Shown: positions 24,501-27,229 of the stretch, piece after piece
How positions within the stretch are numbered: the first letter of the stretch is position 1
Layout: every line of letters begins with the position of its first letter
Source: Fidelibacterota bacterium
GTDB taxonomy: Bacteria > Fidelibacterota > Marinisomatia > Marinisomatales > Marinisomataceae
Assembly (NCBI GenBank): GCA_036012065.1
Contig: DASCOP010000079.1
Coordinates: 1-27,229 of the forward strand
DNA: 27,229 nt
Direction of reading: 5' to 3'
The notes under the pieces: generated by a model
The model's input: the letters and a program-made list of their open reading frames with translations, nothing else
Told to the model about the DNA's origin: nothing
The model's database searches: none
Made by a program: the position numbers and the translations under genes

Positions 24501-27229
24501 CTCTAGCTGTGAGGGTTTGTCAATTCCAGATACTACAAGCCTTACATACTTAATTTCGCTAAGCGTAATATCCTGTACTTTAGCAAAATGATTTAAAGGT
24601 ATTCTTATTAATTTCCAACCTGTTTCTGTACCGTTTACTATAGTAGAACCAGCAACATATGTACTATCATCTAAAGAGATAGTTTTTGTAAAATAATCAT
24701 TTGTCCTATCTAAGAAACCTGACTGATCCAAATCTTCACTATCAGGATATTTACCTCCAGCTTGAATTCTATCGCCAGTACCATTTCCTTCTGTACCATT
24801 AACCTTTGTATAGTCTGAACTACCTTCAATATAATCCCAATTATCACCATTTGGATCATTAACATTTACATCAGATGAAGCGTTGATAATTGATATTTCT
24901 CCGCTAGACAAGTAATCTTGATAGGTTAGTCCATCTTCTTGGCTCAAACAATCTCCCCAGCCATCTTCAAAACTATCAAAACAACCATCGAGTCCTGTAT
25001 CTTCACTATCTTCTAAGAATCCATTACCAAGGGCTAATCCTGCATCTGGAACATCTTCGTTATTCAGAGATCCGTTATCATTGTAGTCTTCACTAATTTT
25101 GCCTAAATCCACTGTTAAATTACCTTCATCTCCACGTAACCAAATTTCAAAAAATCTGCTTCTAGTTTGATCATAATCAGATATAAACATTGGAGTAATT
25201 ACGCCAGCCCATACAGAGTCAGGATCTACGGTTTCTTGATATTCTTTTGGTTCAAAATCTAAAACTAAAATATCTGTAGTAAGATTTTGTGCTCTTTGCG
25301 ATGTAGAAATATTCGGCCAAATATTATTTGTTAATACTTGGGAATAAGGATTGTACCAATGCATTCTCGCTCGATTTCTTTGATTAAAAGATTGATTGGT
25401 ATCAAGATTTAATGGAGCGGAAGAAATATTCCAAAATCTTCTCAATATTGATGGACTTGTAACACGTTTTGAGCCCTCAAAGTCATCGATATAAGCCACC
25501 CCATCACTGTCTCCAATAGCAGAGTTAGATATCGCATTGGGGTTAGGCAGTACTTGTGCGATTTCTCCTTCTAAAGTAAACCTAGATAACTTTTCAGCAT
25601 TAAACATATCAAGATTATTTAGAGATGCAGATAAATTCTCTAAATCCTTCTCATAACGACCATTAATATCCCAAATAAAATTTCGGATTGGTTCAAAGCC
25701 TACTTCTACTTTTTTATTAACAATATCCTGATTGTAATAAAGAGCTGTCATTCCTAAGAATGAATTTTTATCAAAATCAATTTGTGCACGAGAACCAACC
25801 ATAATTTTTCTATCGAATGTAACTAGGTCATGCTTATCATATACAATTTCTAAATCACTATTGGGATCAATATTGCCAGTAAGCATTATCATCCCAGAAA
25901 AATAATCAATCTGATAATCTTGACCTCTTTCAAGTTTCTCTCCATTAGAATAAATCTCTTCACTCCCCTCTACTAATGTAAATCCTAGATTAATAGTAGA
26001 CTTTGGATTGGTATAATTTGCTGCAATGGTAAAACGAGAATCTCCTGTATATTCTGTACGATTAGTGCTCGTATACATTTTACCCTGTTGGAGTAAAGAG
26101 TTTAATGTCGAATTATCATTTCCACCGTCCAAATTATTACTTGAAACAAAAGGTAGGAGTGCAGGTAAATGCACTTCTCCTGCTTTCAAATTCACAATAT
26201 TAGGGTTATTAAAATCAATAATTTCATCCGGTGAAGATGCACCGGATTGATTAAGGTTATCTAATCCAAATAAATTTAAGAATGTGGCACCACTGTTTGT
26301 TCTATCGCTTACAGGTGTAGAAAAATTATCTAGAATTCTAACGCCTAAACTAGTTTCATCAATATTAGTTGCTCCAAGAGAGTATACATTCTTAAACATA
26401 AGATCCCATGTTGGATGATTAGGGTGTGATGACTGTGCTTTTAGCATCTTCAAGACTAAGGTGGTATTGCCATCATCCCCAATATTTGATCCAACCTTTA
26501 AAACAACTTCTCCTGTTGTTCTATTTGCCAATTCAAAATGTGTACCTATAATTTCATTTTGAAGAGTATTTTGCATTCTTATAAATCCTAAATCTTCGTT
26601 AATGGCATAGTCGGAGCCTCGTTCTAGCTTAATAAACGCTCCTTCTTTACTACTATCATTATAAAGGGTGGTATCGTTAGGATCAATATATGCTGTTCCT
26701 GGATCTGCTTGTGGATTGTTAGATGCATCAATTTTATAAAGCTCAAAATTTCTTACTACTAAATTACCAATACTATGCAATCCGTTATTTAAAGGATAAT
26801 AAGAAGGTACATTGACTTGAAATCCGCTATCTGGTATTATATCAGAAGAACCATTTCTAAACCATTCGTGGATAAAGAAATATAGATTTTTTCTATACTC
26901 ATAATCTTCTATCTGATTTTCTCTTACTTCAGAAGTGCCTTTGTATTTTTCAGATTGCTTCTTGGTTCTCTCCAGTGATGCTATACTCGTAATGTTAAGT
27001 GGACCTAACTGTGAGAGAGCTTTAATACCAAAGAGACCTTTATTTTGTCCTGAAAATGTGACAAACTCAGTAGAAGGTAGTGCAAGCGAGATATTTCCTA
27101 TTTCAAGTCTTTGTAAAATATCATCTTCATCTCCAGCATAATCAACACGAATAGTATTCTCCCAATCAAAGTCTCTTTCGGAATTTTGATCTAAAGATAT
27201 AGTGATTCTTTCACCAACCTTCCCTTGAA
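21570..27229 (-). CDS. sprA: SprA/Sov family giant outer-membrane beta-barrel (T9SS translocon homologue), 5'-partial
   Basis: The frame is open from 27227 (at least 1885 codons); the ORF-track start at 26780 is internal. The upstream part reads QGKVGERITISLDQNSERDFDWENTIRVDYAGDEDDILQRLEIGNISL...GLFGIK, the SprA N-region pattern. Downstream: WDLMFKNVYSLG, GEIAQVLP, YIDDFEGS, RARMHWY, DPNGDNW, NGTEGN, PDSED, GEIWLDELRLSG and a C-terminal beta-signal-like FGVNLNV. Confidence 0.92.
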   Translation of the reverse strand, partial: QGKVGERITISLDQNSERDFDWENTIRVDYAGDEDDILQRLEIGNISLALPSTEFVTFSGQNKGLFGIKALSQLGPLNITSIASLERTKKQSEKYKGTSEVRENQIEDYEYRKNLYFFIHEWFRNGSSDIIPDSGFQVNVPSYYPLNNGLHSIGNLVVRNFELYKIDASNNPQADPGTAYIDPNDTTLYNDSSKEGAFIKLERGSDYAINEDLGFIRMQNTLQNEIIGTHFELANRTTGEVVLKVGSNIGDDGNTTLVLKMLKAQSSHPNHPTWDLMFKNVYSLGATNIDETSLGVRILDNFSTPVSDRTNSGATFLNLFGLDNLNQSGASSPDEIIDFNNPNIVNLKAGEVHLPALLPFVSSNNLDGGNDNSTLNSLLQQGKMYTSTNRTEYTGDSRFTIAANYTNPKSTINLGFTLVEGSEEIYSNGEKLERGQDYQIDYFSGMIMLTGNIDPNSDLEIVYDKHDLVTFDRKIMVGSRAQIDFDKNSFLGMTALYYNQDIVNKKVEVGFEPIRNFIWDINGRYEKDLENLSASLNNLDMFNAEKLSRFTLEGEIAQVLPNPNAISNSAIGDSDGVAYIDDFEGSKRVTSPSILRRFWNISSAPLNLDTNQSFNQRNRARMHWYNPYSQVLTNNIWPNISTSQRAQNLTTDILVLDFEPKEYQETVDPDSVWAGVITPMFISDYDQTRSRFFEIWLRGDEGNLTVDLGKISEDYNDNGSLNNEDVPDAGLALGNGFLEDSEDTGLDGCFDSFEDGWGDCLSQEDGLTYQDYLSSGEISIINASSDVNVNDPNGDNWDYIEGSSDYTKVNGTEGNGTGDRIQAGGKYPDSEDLDQSGFLDRTNDYFTKTISLDDSTYVAGSTIVNGTETGWKLIRIPLNHFAKVQDITLSEIKYVRLVVSGIDKPSQLEIAKIELVGNAWEEMGTSLVDQDNYAVQDSTFLVTVVNDEDNPDYIPPKGVFGEYDQINKIRSKEQSLVLRFDNLNPDFKGAARKILSSMTSQKGQSFLMYDQMKMFVYGDSENISDSNTDLRFFIKFGTGDEYYKLTKPVYDGWDEDEQRNAVDLDLNWLTSLKNIDEESIEKINANDTFTDSLGYKRYQFIDDNNQEYKKVEIVGQPSLSRLQYFIVGVENNADHPITGEIWLDELRLSGVKKENGTAVRLKSEFNLSDFNKSSISYSKKDADFHILQERVGTNTTTENLIFTNNMQIGSLFPQRFGISFPVNMTYNMQNNAPKFFPGTDIRTNGATPDSILVKSSTISLNGKISKQIKSENPFVKYTIDNLSASFNMSNQNRSDEIMESVDTQRLTTNVDYNLRFPSDNYIEAFKWMSKVPVVGEKISETKFFYTPTSFATGIRVNRNLTEKQSRANPELIDDFNLGLDRKFSINYKVFDNTQFTYNKNIKSDMSEYREEVLDNLKIGRVVNSTESFGSTFNPQWLSWFKPNFTYNTNYSWNKPLSSVINGANVSAVKNTGINFALSGTEIIETFYTPASKRKATTPTTRSRSVPAGLSRGSDSEAEDKENNKNLELDKSEQKKKNRKIENSFVMEQIYQMSKKIEPLSIAITNNTNRTGNGVMGDVPLSYRFGLSSDHELENVPEVGLNTGAEDIKKSLSIRTGVRFNPSTSLNISFSESISSNINGYNIDTRSISRDYLAYGNKLSKGIPFSNWSLRVGGLEKIKFISPYVNSLSLEHSFSGKENLSWKFNDDSIGAIDLFSISSFADDNDDNRQFSRTSRSFTPLLGITTSFKNGISTNVRTNITHTLDEVANGLTYISDNSILASITYNFSKGIRFSLPFTEKNVYLKNNMNITLNFDISQKKEEGSKDKINFAEQNFTNTMKSVLRVTYSLTDDVSGSLFYEYRENDTRLTGRRIDRDFGVNLNVAIRG

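Noticed and set aside
21988-27141. Short ORFs inside sprA (21988, 22607, 23386, 26026, 26935)
   Set aside because: Shadow or alternative-frame ORFs. The 22607-22846 ORF arises from the low-complexity insertion.
26780-27229. Apparent intergenic space upstream of the 1736-aa ORF
   Set aside because: The frame stays open and encodes conserved SprA sequence; TTG 26780 is an internal Leu.

Overview
AT-rich, very densely coded bacterial window, with many 0-20 nt gaps and overlaps. The marker set (SprA/Sov translocon, FCB-type GlmU-like LbH protein, Bacteroidetes-type glutaminyl cyclase, LDH-like MDH) points to the FCB superphylum, plausibly a streamlined Ca. Marinimicrobia (SAR406); this assignment is inference only. 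Left to right: (1) minus-strand sugar/glycoside oxidation cluster: DoxX, Tat-like Gfo/Idh/MocA, NHS permease, second Gfo/Idh/MocA running off the left edge; (2) etfB-etfA-FadF/EtfD-type membrane Fe-S oxidoreductase, preceded by an intergenic region with two hairpins; (3) DUF6913-like, GlmU-like LbH and acidic Zn-finger ORFs; (4) stand-alone methylmalonyl-CoA mutase substrate-binding subunit, tandem-LysM lipoprotein and a divergent BirA; (5) glutaryl-CoA dehydrogenase and a CysQ/IMPase; (6) rng-rplU-rpmA-mdh plus a secreted DUF4412-like protein; (7) a tightly coupled minus-strand operon: sprA (running off the right edge), type II glutaminyl cyclase, EEP nuclease lipoprotein and a secreted RMDN/PTPIP51-like TPR protein. 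I saw no tRNA, rRNA, CRISPR array or mobile element. The strongest lead is operon (7), where two neighbouring secreted proteins both expose Gln after predicted signal-peptide cleavage.
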